A stretch of DNA of 64,000 nt from the NCBI GenBank assembly GCA_048625195.1, contig JBMCRE010000003.1, positions 5,341-69,340 of the forward strand, written 5' to 3'. Each line of letters opens with the position of its first letter. Position 1 is the first letter of the stretch. Positions 36,721-46,853 of the stretch are shown here, in pieces. This DNA is from Nanobdellota archaeon (lineage in GTDB: Archaea > Nanobdellota > Nanobdellia > Woesearchaeales > UBA583). The position numbers and the translations under genes are program-made. A model generated the notes under the pieces. It searched no databases. It saw only the letters and a program-made list of their open reading frames with translations, and was not told the DNA's origin.

Positions 36721-37488
36721 TTATAAAAATACTTTTTGATAATTTCTGTAAATTATATTTTCTATTTCAATAGTATCATATTTTTTTATTTGTGCAATTT
36801 TTTCATATATTTTAGGTATATTTAGTGGAGAATTTCTAGTTTTATCTGGATTTAAATAAGGTGAATCAGTCTCTATAAATAAATTTCTTATAGATAGTAT
36901 TTCAACTAAAGATTGAAAACTTTGTGTGTTTAAAATTATTAATGGAACTGATGCGTATATTTTTAGTTCTTTTATTTTTTTTATTAATTTTTTTTTCCCA
37001 GTAAAACAATGAAGAATGAATTTGTTAAAATTAGTTTTTAGGACATATTCTTCTATTATTTCTAATACTTCTTGTTCTGCACCCCATGTATGTATAATCA
37101 TAGGTTTATTAAGCTCTATTCCTAGTTCAATTAAAGATTTAAATCTTTGAACTTGTACTTTGAACTCTTTATTATCACTTCCATGCTTTAAATCAAGCCC
37201 AATTTCTCCTATTGCTAGTATATCATTTTTTTCTTTTTTTATTTGTTTGATATAGTTATTAAAATTTTCATTGGATATTTTTTGAGCTTCTATTGGATAT
37301 AAGCCAGGACAAACTTTTATTACATCATTATGTTTTTTAAATAATTCTTTTGAGTAATTATAGTTTTCTTGATTTAGAGTGTTTGATAGAGTAATTATAT
37401 TATTTTTTTTCATTTCCTCTATCAAATTAATTCTATCATTATCAAAATGATTAAAATCCATATGTGAATGTATATCTATTAATACCAT
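36721..37488 (-). CDS. tatD: TatD family metal-dependent hydrolase/DNase
   Basis: N-terminal LIDIHSHMDF (H-x-H), GEIGLDL, IIHTWGA, HCFTG and ETDSPYL motifs. Confidence 0.85.
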   Translation of the reverse strand: MVLIDIHSHMDFNHFDNDRINLIEEMKKNNIITLSNTLNQENYNYSKELFKKHNDVIKVCPGLYPIEAQKISNENFNNYIKQIKKEKNDILAIGEIGLDLKHGSDNKEFKVQVQRFKSLIELGIELNKPMIIHTWGAEQEVLEIIEEYVLKTNFNKFILHCFTGKKKLIKKIKELKIYASVPLIILNTQSFQSLVEILSIRNLFIETDSPYLNPDKTRNSPLNIPKIYEKIAQIKKYDTIEIENIIYRNYQKVFL

Positions 37489-37533
37489 TATTCTTTTTAC
37501 TTATATTTTTTATTTGAAATTATTATAAAGATT

Positions 37534-39153
37534 TTATTCTTCGTCTTCTTTATCTTCTTCTTTTCTTTGTTTTCTTGTTGTCATGAATACTCTAAGCATA
37601 ATTGCATATGCTGGTCTTGTAATTAAAACTCCAATTGTAACTCCAATTAAAATCATAAATGCAAATCCTTGAATCATTTTTAGACCTGCAAACATTAATG
37701 GAAGCATTGCTGCAAGTGTTGTAAAATATGCAATCATAATAATATAAATTGCATTTTTAAGTTTTTTTCTAGAAGATACTGTAGATTTTCTTTTTCTGAA
37801 GTATTCATCAGTTATAATTATTTGATCATCAACTCCTGTACCTATTGCAGCTATTAATCCTCCAATTGCAGCTAAATCTATACTAATTTTTAAAAATGCA
37901 GCAACTCCAAATATAATTAATACTTCTCCTAAAAGAGCAATTAAAATACATACAAAAATAGCAGGATGTCTATATCTTATAGCAATTATGCTAGATACTA
38001 ATAAAATTACTGCAAATCCAATTAAAAAAGCATTTTCTAGAAGTTTTTCTCCTAATGTAGATGAAATAGAATATGATTGAACTACTTCTAATTCTGATGG
38101 TAATGATTGAGTAGAAAGAATAGTTTGTAATAATTTCATTTCTTTTTGTCCACTTTGCATTGCTAAATCTCGTGTTGGCATTGGGCTTCCTGAAACACTT
38201 ATTTGAGGATTAGTAATTTTTTGTTGTTTAAAAGATGATGCGATACTTAATGAAGTAATATTGTTGCCATCTAAGAAGAAAGTAATTTTTTCACTTAAAC
38301 TTTGTCCAACTACATCAAGAGTTTTAGTTTTATTGAAAAATTTATCACCTGCTTGACTACTAATTTCTATTGAAAATGTAAAAGTACAAACTGTACCTTG
38401 TGCATTTTCACTACATCCTTCTAATTTTGCATGTTGTGGGTCTGTAAAAACATTTAAAACATCATTACCAGTAAAAACAGTAGTATTTCCAATTTGTGCT
38501 TCAAATTTTCCCTGTCTTGATATTAGTTCATATATATCATTTTTATTTGAAGAAGTACTCTCAACTATTATAAATTTATCATTTGAAAAAGCATCTTCTA
38601 ATTTATTTACTTTAGTTCCAGAAGCACCATAAATGTCTAACCTATTACTTAGACTTGTAATTAATAAGTCATATTGCTCATCAGTTATATTAGATAATGG
38701 TTTTAAAATAAGTCTTGAACCACCTTCTAATTCTATACCTAATTTTATATTAGAACTAGGAGAATCTCTTATACTAATTCCTAAATTTTGAGATATAGAA
38801 TTATTGTTTAATTTTTTTATATTGATTGTATAACCATTTTCATTTTCGTTGGTTATAACTCTTAGAGTGTCATTTACTTTTAGATTATTTATATAATTAT
38901 AATAATCTTCTTGAGAATTTATAGGAGTGTTATCTAGATATGTTATTTTTTCTAAAGATCTTAGATTATTATTTTGTACACTGATTCCTGATTGTTCTGC
39001 AAGACTATTAATTCCAATTCCATTTATTACTACACCTTTATTATCAAATGTATAATTAATTGTAAGAAGACTAATTAATAAACATATAATTAAAATCCAA
39101 ACTTTGAAACTTTTAATAATATCTATTAATTTTATCTTAAATTTTTCATTCAT
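37534..39153 (-). CDS. secD: Protein-export membrane protein SecD (SecDF family)
   Basis: The C-terminal TM bundle has ISIDLAAIGGLIAAIGTGVDDQIIITDEY and MIQGFAFMILIGVTIGVLITRPAY. The N-terminal extracytoplasmic domain is large. Confidence 0.75.
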   Translation of the reverse strand: MNEKFKIKLIDIIKSFKVWILIICLLISLLTINYTFDNKGVVINGIGINSLAEQSGISVQNNNLRSLEKITYLDNTPINSQEDYYNYINNLKVNDTLRVITNENENGYTINIKKLNNNSISQNLGISIRDSPSSNIKLGIELEGGSRLILKPLSNITDEQYDLLITSLSNRLDIYGASGTKVNKLEDAFSNDKFIIVESTSSNKNDIYELISRQGKFEAQIGNTTVFTGNDVLNVFTDPQHAKLEGCSENAQGTVCTFTFSIEISSQAGDKFFNKTKTLDVVGQSLSEKITFFLDGNNITSLSIASSFKQQKITNPQISVSGSPMPTRDLAMQSGQKEMKLLQTILSTQSLPSELEVVQSYSISSTLGEKLLENAFLIGFAVILLVSSIIAIRYRHPAIFVCILIALLGEVLIIFGVAAFLKISIDLAAIGGLIAAIGTGVDDQIIITDEYFRKRKSTVSSRKKLKNAIYIIMIAYFTTLAAMLPLMFAGLKMIQGFAFMILIGVTIGVLITRPAYAIMLRVFMTTRKQRKEEDKEDEE

Positions 39154-39208
39154 AAATTATTAAACGATGTTTTTTTTATAAAGTTTTTTGGTGTTTTTGT
39201 GAAATGAG

Positions 39209-39303
39209 AACTTTGAAAAAGTAATAATATTATAAAATAGAGTTTATGGATTTTTAAAATTTAAGTTTTTTGAAGATATTTTTTAAATTTTTTTGAGTTT
39301 TTC
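39209..39303 (+). repeat. Copy B of the ~95-nt conserved intergenic element (partner at 5561..5654)
   Basis: See the hand alignment under 5561..5654. Copy B runs into the annotated TTG start of the methyltransferase gene. Confidence 0.6.
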
Positions 39304-39862
39304 TTCAGTGTCAAATACTAATTTATATAAATTAAAAAGTATTAATATTGTTGTGAATAAATTAAAAAAAACATTTTTATATTATGATGGTATTGCTCAA
39401 GGTTATAAAGATTTATATCATGAAGAGCAAATTAAAAAGATAATTTTAGTTGAAAAATATTTTTTAAATAATGGTTTAATGTTAGATTTAGGAAGTGGTG
39501 ATGGGGTTTTGAATCAATTTATAAGTGAAAATGTTGATTTAATTTCTTTTGATTTGAGTTTTAATTTGTTAAATTTAAATAATAATAAATATAAAATACA
39601 AGGAATAATTGAAAAGTTGCCTTTTAAAGATAATGTTTTTGATTGTGTTTGTGCTTTTACTAGTATTCAAGATATAGAAAATCCTTGTATAGCAATAATT
39701 AATGTTCAAAGAATTTTAAAAAAAAGAGGAATATTTATTTTAAGTTTTTTAAAAATAAGTTCATCTTATTTGGATGTTTTAAGAGAAATAAATAAATATT
39801 TTGATATTTTAATTAAATTAGAAGAAGAAAAAGATTATATTTTTGTTTTAAAGAGAAAATAA
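39293..39862 (+). CDS. Class I SAM-dependent methyltransferase
   Basis: MLDLGSGDGVL motif I and FDCVCAFTSIQDI. The start codon is uncertain (TTG in the track; a GTG at 39308 is also possible). Confidence 0.7.
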   Translation: MSFSSVSNTNLYKLKSINIVVNKLKKTFLYYDGIAQGYKDLYHEEQIKKIILVEKYFLNNGLMLDLGSGDGVLNQFISENVDLISFDLSFNLLNLNNNKYKIQGIIEKLPFKDNVFDCVCAFTSIQDIENPCIAIINVQRILKKRGIFILSFLKISSSYLDVLREINKYFDILIKLEEEKDYIFVLKRK

Positions 39863-39884
39863 TGTTAAATAATTATTAGGCAAA

Positions 39885-40238
39885 TTATTTATTATGTTTA
39901 TTTGTTTTGTCTTTGTGAACTATTGCTTTTGTTTGAAGCAGAGAGACTACTTCATCAATATCTCTGTCCATTTTATTAAAGTGTTCAATTACATATAAAT
40001 ATACTAAAAATAAAAGTAATGTTGCAAGAATTAATGTTAGTCCTAAAAAATTTTTAGAAATTACATTTTCAATGGTTGAATACATTGCTATTGCAATAAT
40101 TATTACATAAACTATTACGGTCTTAGATAGTATAAGGCTATATTTCTCTTTGCTGAGTTTTGTTTTCTCAACTATAAGACTAATTACTGCGTTGTCTAAT
40201 AAATTGAAGTCTTTTTCTTGTTCTTTTTGTTTTAACAT
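39885..40238 (-). CDS. Small membrane protein (hypothetical)
   Basis: 117 aa with two hydrophobic helices (VIVYVIIIAIAMY, LTLILATLLLFLVYLYVI). Confidence 0.45.
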   Translation of the reverse strand: MLKQKEQEKDFNLLDNAVISLIVEKTKLSKEKYSLILSKTVIVYVIIIAIAMYSTIENVISKNFLGLTLILATLLLFLVYLYVIEHFNKMDRDIDEVVSLLQTKAIVHKDKTNKHNK

Positions 40239-40302
40239 ATATTTATATGTTTCTAGAATATATATATATGTTTCTTACTTTTTAAAAGTGATGAATTTTT
40301 TT

Positions 40303-42633
40303 TTAATTTATTTGATAATAACTACAAACATCGTATTGAGAGATAACTTTATATATTTCACATTTTTGTTTCATGTTTGATTTTGTCATTTGAGTTGTTA
40401 AGATATTTTTTTGATATTTTATTAGTTCTATATTTTTATAATTGAAATTTTCTTGAAAACTTAAAATTTGATTATCAAATGTGTTTATTGGTGTATTTTC
40501 TTGAAAAAAAGATTGCTTTGGATTGATTATTAATTCTTTGATAAATTCTTCTAGTGTATATTTATTACTTATATAATTATAATTAGATTCATTAAGAACA
40601 GTAAGGTAAGTATTTAATATATTTTGAGACCAATTAATATTTTTATTAAATGTTAATTGGTTGTTTGAACAAATAGTTGTATAGTATGCTGGGTTTAATA
40701 AAATGTATTTGCAATTCAAGAAACTTTCATCAAGAGTTTTTGACATTGATTGCATACCTTCAATTCCAAGATTAACATCAAACCATGCAACATAAATGCC
40801 ATTTTTATTCAATTTTTTAGAAATTTGATTATATACGTTTTGTGTCCAAAATTTACTTGCAGAATAGTAAGTTGGTGATGTAATTGTGTTGACAATTAAG
40901 TCGTATTTTTCGTGTGTTTGAAAAATTGTAATAATCCCATCTTCAATTTTTATATCTATATTAGATTTATTTGATAAATTATAATTAATATTTTGAAAAT
41001 CTTTAATTACGTTTAACATTGCAGGATTAATGTCGACAATTGTTACTTTATTATATATTTCTGCAGTTGCTCCTGGTGTTATTCCACTACCTAATCCAAT
41101 AACTAATGCTTTGTTAGTATTATTGCTAAAAATATAACTACTAATTCCTACTAATGTTTCTCTAAATGAGTTAATGTTATGATTGTTTGATAATGATAAT
41201 GAATGATATCCGTTTAATGTTAGAAATCTAGAATCATTTTTATAATTTATAATTGAAACACTGTCATCAAATTCTTTATATGTTTGTGAATATTCAAAAT
41301 TTTTGTAAAATTGATTAATTCCATCAATAGAATTATAATTTCTATATCCTACTTCGAGTAAATTTGTTGGCCATGTTGATATTAGGACAGTTGATAGACA
41401 AATTAATGAAATTAAATAAATCACTATAGTTTTAAATTGAATTTTAGAATTATAAGTTATAGATGATAAAAAAACTATTAAGCTAATTAATATAACTATA
41501 ATTGGATAATTAAATTTTTCAAATAAAAAAAAAGTTATTAATAAAAATCCTAAACAATTTCCAAAACTTGAGATTGCAAGTATTTTTCCAGGTTCTTTTT
41601 GATATACGTTTTTTCTTAAGAATAAAGGTATAGACATTCCAAAAATGATAAAAGTAATTATGCTTATAAAAGAGATACTTAAGAATTTAAATATCCAAGT
41701 GAGATTCATTTCTATAATAAAACTTTGTTGTAAAAATGCCCATGTATAAATTATAGGTTTTGTAAATATAAAACTACTAAACACTATTAAAGAAGCTATT
41801 AGTAGATATGAAGTGAATTTGAAGTTGATTTTGCTTTGTATTATACTACCTATAGCCATTCCACTTAAAACTAATATTAATATGATTGAAAAGTTCTCGT
41901 TAAAAGGTCCATAAATAATATTTATAATTTTTAGAAATAATAATTGGAACATACCACTTGCAATACTTATTAAAAATAGTGAGATATATTTATTGATTTT
42001 TATTTTTTTTTTGTTTTTTTGTTTTAAGATTTGAGGAGTTTTTAATTTTAAAATCAAGATACTAAGTAAGATATTTATGCTTGCAATAAAAGAAACAGTT
42101 ATGGTGATTCCAAAATTTCTAAGTAATAAGTATTCTATAAAAAATATTGCAAAAGCTGCACCAAAATTATAAATAAAGTATATAATTTTAAAGTTATTTT
42201 TATGTTTACTTTCTTTTGAATATTCTTTTAGATATATTGTCATAATTGGGATACTAAAACCAATAAAAATTGCAGGGAGTAGTAATATAATAATAATTGT
42301 GATTATTAAAATTATAGGAGTATTAGTTTGTATATTAGAGATGAAATTGATAATAATTTCTTCTTGGTTGAATAAAAATATATATATAAATCCAAATATT
42401 CCAATTAAAAATTCAATAAGTGAGAAGTATTGAATATATTTATGAGCAATTAAAAATCCTATTCCAATACTTAATAAAAATGTTATTAATATTGCAGATT
42501 GAATATAAAAGATATTTCCAAAATATGTTGATAACATTTTTGAATAAAGAGTTTCATAGGCAATACCACAAAAACCAGAAAATAGTGTTATGATAAAAAT
42601 TAGTAAAAGGTTTTTGTAATATTCTTTATGCAT
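40303..42633 (-). CDS. Fused polytopic membrane domain plus spermidine-synthase-like (class I MTase fold) protein
   Basis: The N-terminal ~440 aa contain many TM helices. The C-terminus has ALVIGLGSGITPGATAEIYNKVTIVDINPAMLNV and YDLIVNTITSP, characteristic of spermine/spermidine synthase-like proteins. Confidence 0.65.
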   Translation of the reverse strand: MHKEYYKNLLLIFIITLFSGFCGIAYETLYSKMLSTYFGNIFYIQSAILITFLLSIGIGFLIAHKYIQYFSLIEFLIGIFGFIYIFLFNQEEIIINFISNIQTNTPIILIITIIIILLLPAIFIGFSIPIMTIYLKEYSKESKHKNNFKIIYFIYNFGAAFAIFFIEYLLLRNFGITITVSFIASINILLSILILKLKTPQILKQKNKKKIKINKYISLFLISIASGMFQLLFLKIINIIYGPFNENFSIILILVLSGMAIGSIIQSKINFKFTSYLLIASLIVFSSFIFTKPIIYTWAFLQQSFIIEMNLTWIFKFLSISFISIITFIIFGMSIPLFLRKNVYQKEPGKILAISSFGNCLGFLLITFFLFEKFNYPIIVILISLIVFLSSITYNSKIQFKTIVIYLISLICLSTVLISTWPTNLLEVGYRNYNSIDGINQFYKNFEYSQTYKEFDDSVSIINYKNDSRFLTLNGYHSLSLSNNHNINSFRETLVGISSYIFSNNTNKALVIGLGSGITPGATAEIYNKVTIVDINPAMLNVIKDFQNINYNLSNKSNIDIKIEDGIITIFQTHEKYDLIVNTITSPTYYSASKFWTQNVYNQISKKLNKNGIYVAWFDVNLGIEGMQSMSKTLDESFLNCKYILLNPAYYTTICSNNQLTFNKNINWSQNILNTYLTVLNESNYNYISNKYTLEEFIKELIINPKQSFFQENTPINTFDNQILSFQENFNYKNIELIKYQKNILTTQMTKSNMKQKCEIYKVISQYDVCSYYQIN

Positions 42634-42736
42634 ATTTTTAAATATTTAGCTTATTTATTTTAAATTTTATGATTTTTTCTGTAGAGTAACATGAAAATTA
42701 ATAAAAATTAATAAATACTATTAAATATATTATTTT

Positions 42737-43336
42737 ATGTTAAATAAAAAAATTAATTTTAAGTTAGAAAAAAGTTTTTTTGATAAAAATACTTTAGATA
42801 TTGCAGAAGAATTAATAGGTAAAGTTTTTGTTTATGAATCACCTTTAGGAATTATTAAAGGAATAATAAATGAAACAGAAGCTTATAGAGAAGATGATCA
42901 AAGTTGTCATGCATATAATGGTAGAAAAACTAAAAAGAATGCAGCTATGTTTTTAAGAAGTGGTCATTTGTATGTTTATTTTACATATGGAATGTATTAT
43001 TGTGTAAATATTGTTACTGGAAAAAAAGATGTTGGAGAAGCTGTTTTAATTAGAAGTGTTATTCCAATTCAAGGAGAAGATATTATGAGAAAAAATAGAA
43101 AATGGAATAAAAAACAAGTTAAAGGTTTATGTGATGGTCCTGCAAAGTTTTGTATGGCTTATGGATTAGATAAAAAATTTAATGGTTATGATTTATTAGA
43201 TGAAAATTCAAAAATTTATATAGAAGATTTAAATTATAATGTTAATAATATTGAAAAAAATCAAAGAATAGGTATTTCAAAAGATAAACATTTAGAATGG
43301 AGATTTTATTGTAATGAAAAAGATATTGTTTTTTAG
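42737..43336 (+). CDS. mpg: 3-methyladenine DNA glycosylase (AAG/Mpg family)
   Basis: IAEELIGKVFV...ETEAYREDDQSCHAYNGRKTKKNAAMFLRSGHLYVYFTYGMYYCVNIV, then DGPAKFCMAYGLD. Confidence 0.85.
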   Translation: MLNKKINFKLEKSFFDKNTLDIAEELIGKVFVYESPLGIIKGIINETEAYREDDQSCHAYNGRKTKKNAAMFLRSGHLYVYFTYGMYYCVNIVTGKKDVGEAVLIRSVIPIQGEDIMRKNRKWNKKQVKGLCDGPAKFCMAYGLDKKFNGYDLLDENSKIYIEDLNYNVNNIEKNQRIGISKDKHLEWRFYCNEKDIVF

Positions 43337-43425
43337 TTGTTTTTTTATTTAATTAAATTTTATTATTTTATTTATCATTTTCTATTACTTCTAATACTTT
43401 AGGTAATACGTTTTTTTTAACTATT

Positions 43426-43540
43426 ATTTCATATCCTTTTTTAACTATTTTTTTATTGTAGTTATTGGATATTTTAGCTCTATTAATATTATTAAAAAAA
43501 GACCTCTTGAGTATATAAGAGAAAATAATGTGGAATGATT
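43426..43540 (+). repeat. 115-bp direct repeat, copy 1
   Basis: Identical to 47707..47821 except for one C/T difference, by base-by-base comparison. It contains small inverted repeats ATATCC...GGATAT and CTCTT gagtatat AAGAG. Confidence 0.9.
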
Positions 43541-43600
43541 CTTTTAATTGATTATTTAATGTTTTAAATAAATATATATATGAAGTATTAAATTATTATA

Positions 43601-44287
43601 TTATTTAAGTAAAGGAACAAATACATAATTTTCATTAGTAGATTTTTCTTTTATAATATTATTTTTTTTCTCAAGTATTATAATAGGTCCTTGTGTATAA
43701 GGAAATATCAATTTACCATTATCTTTTAATAATTTATTTGCTATATTGTAAATTAATTCTTTTTGACTTTCTTTTATACCTGCAGTAAATATAATTTTAT
43801 TATATTTTTCAGTCCATGAGTTAATTTGTGTTAAAATATTTATTTTTTTAAATTCTATATGATCTAAACATGATTTTATACCATGATTTGTATTTTTTTG
43901 TAAATTCATCACATTTTCTTTTGCTTGTAAAATTAATTCATAAATTATATCTAAACTCAAAACTTTACCTGGATATACAATATATGCCATTAAACTTGCA
44001 TTCCATCCACTTCCAGTACCAATTTCTAAAACATTATCTTTTTTATTTAAATCTAAAAGCATTAACATTCTTGCTACTGTTGAAGGTTGTGATATGGTTT
44101 GATTATATCCAATAGGTATTGCTGAATCAACATATGAGTATTCTTTTATATAAAATTTTCTATCAATGTATTCAATTGCGTTTAATATTATTCTAACATT
44201 TTCTTTGTCTTTTTCTGTTTTTATAAAATTTGTTAAATAATTTTTAACACTTTTTATCATTTTTTCTTTTTCTTTATTGTTTATCAT
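43601..44287 (-). CDS. pcm: Protein-L-isoaspartate O-methyltransferase
   Basis: TISQPSTVARMLMLLDL...VLEIGTGSGWNASLMAYIV motifs. Confidence 0.85.
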   Translation of the reverse strand: MINNKEKEKMIKSVKNYLTNFIKTEKDKENVRIILNAIEYIDRKFYIKEYSYVDSAIPIGYNQTISQPSTVARMLMLLDLNKKDNVLEIGTGSGWNASLMAYIVYPGKVLSLDIIYELILQAKENVMNLQKNTNHGIKSCLDHIEFKKINILTQINSWTEKYNKIIFTAGIKESQKELIYNIANKLLKDNGKLIFPYTQGPIIILEKKNNIIKEKSTNENYVFVPLLK

Positions 44288-44558
44288 TTAAAAACCTCTT
44301 TAATTTATTGTATTCATAGGTATTAATAATTTTTTTGTTAAAACAAAAAAGTTATATTTCTTAAATTCTTTTTTTATTAAATATTTGTTGAGTATTATTT
44401 TATTATAAGTTTGTCTGATTTTTATTATTAAAGTATTTCAAAGTTCTAAATTGTTATTTTTATATTTTCGAATAATTATTCTAAATACTAATCATATTAA
44501 ATTTTTTATAAAGTTTAATTAATCTTTTTATTTTAAGTTTGTATTATTTTTAAGATTC

Positions 44559-45023
44559 TTATTTTTTAATTTTAATAATAATTTCTTCAAGTGATGATGC
44601 AACACCTGCAATTCCAAGTATTAATAGGAAAATTATTGATAAAGGAACATATATATATAAAAATGTAATAAATAAAGATATCCACATTCCTGTACACCAT
44701 GGACAATTAATAAGTTGTTTGAATGATTGAAAAAAGGAACTTGTTTTTGAATATTTATCTACAAAATCTCTAAAAAAATCCATTACTGTATCATAAACTA
44801 TTAAATGTATTAATCTAAAAACTGCTAAAGTTAAAATCACAAGCGTTAATAGATTAATATTCAAATTTAAAATTTTATTATGTGTACCAAAACTTAATAT
44901 TATAACTAATATTATAAAAATTAATGATGATAAAAAGTGCCAAAAATATAATTTATATTTATTATTTTTTTCAATATTTTCTTTTTTATTATTTATGTTT
45001 TTATTTATATTATTTTTGTACAT
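44559..45023 (-). CDS. DUF1360-like membrane protein
   Basis: RLIHLIVYDTVMDFFRDF and LINCPWCTGMWISLFI (the CPxC-containing helix typical of DUF1360). Confidence 0.55.
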   Translation of the reverse strand: MYKNNINKNINNKKENIEKNNKYKLYFWHFLSSLIFIILVIILSFGTHNKILNLNINLLTLVILTLAVFRLIHLIVYDTVMDFFRDFVDKYSKTSSFFQSFKQLINCPWCTGMWISLFITFLYIYVPLSIIFLLILGIAGVASSLEEIIIKIKK

Positions 45024-45028
45024 TTTTA

Positions 45029-45187
45029 TTAGTTTTTATTAGTTTTTGTTTTAAATATGTGTTTTGCTTTTAGATAAACACTAATATCAATTTTTGTTTT
45101 TAAATAAACACTAATAATAATTAATATTACACCTATAAACCATTTTATAGTATTACTAATTATTATATTGTTGTTTTTTATTTTCAT
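45029..45187 (-). CDS. Unannotated 52-aa single-TM micro-protein
   Basis: I translated MKIKNNNIIISNTIKWFIGVILIIISVYLKTKIDISVYLKAKHIFKTKTNKN. The ORF fills the gap almost exactly, starting 2 nt after the PEBP stop and ending 5 nt before the DUF1360 start. It is below the ORF-track length cutoff. Confidence 0.4.
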   Translation of the reverse strand: MKIKNNNIIISNTIKWFIGVILIIISVYLKTKIDISVYLKAKHIFKTKTNKN

Positions 45188-45189
45188 TT

Positions 45190-45627
45190 TTATTCTTTTT
45201 TGTAAATTCCCATTATTTGGGCTTTTTGTATTATATGATTTTGCATTGCGTCTTCTAAATCTTTTTTATTTGTTTCTTGATTTAAATCTAGCATTTTATT
45301 GAGTGCATATACTTTAAAAAAATACCTATGAACTCCATTAGGTGGACAAGGTCCTTTATATTTATTAACTCCAAAGTCATTTATTCCAGAAGATGTGTTT
45401 GCAGAAAAAAAACTTTCTTTTATTTCTTTTTGGGGTTTTATATTCCAAATTATCCAATGAACAAAAGTTTTTTGAGGTGCATCTGGATCATCTACTATAA
45501 TTGCTAAACTTTTTGTGTTTTTAGGTATATCTCTTATAATTAAACTTGGGTTAATATCATCACCTTGACAAGTGTATTTAGAAGGTATATAACAATTTTC
45601 CTTAAATGAATTACTTTTTATTTCCAT
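45190..45627 (-). CDS. PEBP family protein (YbhB/YbcL type)
   Basis: IVDDPDAP...FVHWIIWNI...YKGPCPPNGVHRYFFKVYAL. Confidence 0.85.
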   Translation of the reverse strand: MEIKSNSFKENCYIPSKYTCQGDDINPSLIIRDIPKNTKSLAIIVDDPDAPQKTFVHWIIWNIKPQKEIKESFFSANTSSGINDFGVNKYKGPCPPNGVHRYFFKVYALNKMLDLNQETNKKDLEDAMQNHIIQKAQIMGIYKKE

Positions 45628-45693
45628 TTTTTATTTTTAAATCATAATAATTTTATATAATATTAAATATATTAATATATTAATATATATTAA

Positions 45694-46359
45694 CTAAATT
45701 CGAATCACGATATCATTTATAACATCTATTACCCCTAGTGTGAATTTAGCAGCATTTTCTGCATCTTTATATGCTATCCAATCAAGTACTTCTCCTGTTA
45801 AAGTAACATTACCATTATCAACTTCTACATCAATAAATTCTTCATCAACGGTAGATTTTCTTTTAAGAGATGCCATAATATCATCAGCAATTATTTTATC
45901 ATCAATATCATTGCTTGGAACAATAGTTAATTCATTAATAACATCCCAAACACCAAATATATTGTATGCTAATTCTTCTGCTCTAGTTTTTTTCCAAAAA
46001 GCATCCACATTCCCAGATAATGTTACTATTCCATCTTCTGAACTAACAATAATATCTGTTGAATCAATGTCAGGATTAAATAACAATAAATCATTTACTC
46101 TTCTTTTTATTTCATTGTCATCAGGAATTTCTAAAGAAGATGGAATTGTTACAATCAAATTATTTACAACAGAGATTACACCTTCAACTAAAATAGCATT
46201 ATCTGTTGCTGCATTTTTTGCTAAATAAGTTGGAACATTACCTGTTAATATAACTTTTTTTTCATTTACTTCTACATTTATATTTGAAACATCAATTCTT
46301 GAATCCCAATATAAACTATCAATTATATCTTTTTTAATATCTTCATCTGTTCTAATCAT
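45694..46359 (-). CDS. BON-domain protein (three BON repeats)
   Basis: A repeated pattern ...V.V..G.VTL.G.V... occurs three times (KKVILTGNVPT, GIVTLSGNVDA, GNVTLTGEVLD). The plus-strand ORF 45740..46228 is its shadow. Confidence 0.8.
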   Translation of the reverse strand: MIRTDEDIKKDIIDSLYWDSRIDVSNINVEVNEKKVILTGNVPTYLAKNAATDNAILVEGVISVVNNLIVTIPSSLEIPDDNEIKRRVNDLLLFNPDIDSTDIIVSSEDGIVTLSGNVDAFWKKTRAEELAYNIFGVWDVINELTIVPSNDIDDKIIADDIMASLKRKSTVDEEFIDVEVDNGNVTLTGEVLDWIAYKDAENAAKFTLGVIDVINDIVIRI

Positions 46360-46376
46360 TTTTTATATCCTCTTTT

Positions 46377-46790
46377 TTAATTAAATAATTCTTGAAATCT
46401 TAATGGCAATAAATTTTTAACATCATTAATTTCTCCTTGAGATATCTTGTTTTTTAATACTTCAAACATATCTTTGACTAAACTTTCTGGAATAATGTTT
46501 GGGTCATTCCCAGTATAAGAGTGTATTCTACTTATAAATTCAGATTTATTATATTTAATTGGTAAATTTTTTGGATTCCATTGTTCATAAAATAAACCTC
46601 TTATTATTCTTGGTAATTCCGATGCAAAATGTGCACCTTCAATAGGTGTTAATCTATCTCTTAATTCATGTAATGTCCCTTTGAAAACACTAAAAGCTTC
46701 ACTTTCACTTAATCTAGTTTTATCTTGGATATCTTTAAGCCACTTATTAGCTTTTTCTAAATCTTTATCAAATTTATGAATTGCCATCAT
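46377..46790 (-). CDS. DUF2267 family protein
   Basis: FSVFKGTLHELRDRLTPIEGAHFASELPRIIRGLFYEQWNP matches the DUF2267 core. Confidence 0.7.
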   Translation of the reverse strand: MMAIHKFDKDLEKANKWLKDIQDKTRLSESEAFSVFKGTLHELRDRLTPIEGAHFASELPRIIRGLFYEQWNPKNLPIKYNKSEFISRIHSYTGNDPNIIPESLVKDMFEVLKNKISQGEINDVKNLLPLRFQELFN

Positions 46791-46853
46791 ATATGTAATG
46801 GTTTTAAAATTATATAAATGATGGTAGTATAAAGAATACTATCAAATTATTTA

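Noticed and set aside
45740-46228. 162-aa plus-strand ORF, plus shadows at 34137..34346, 40150..40380, 43870..44115, 47894..48088, 48196..48489, 50457..50648 and 57188..57400
   Set aside because: Each lies antisense to an ORF with recognisable family motifs (BON, RHH, PCMT, transketolase and others). There is no independent support.
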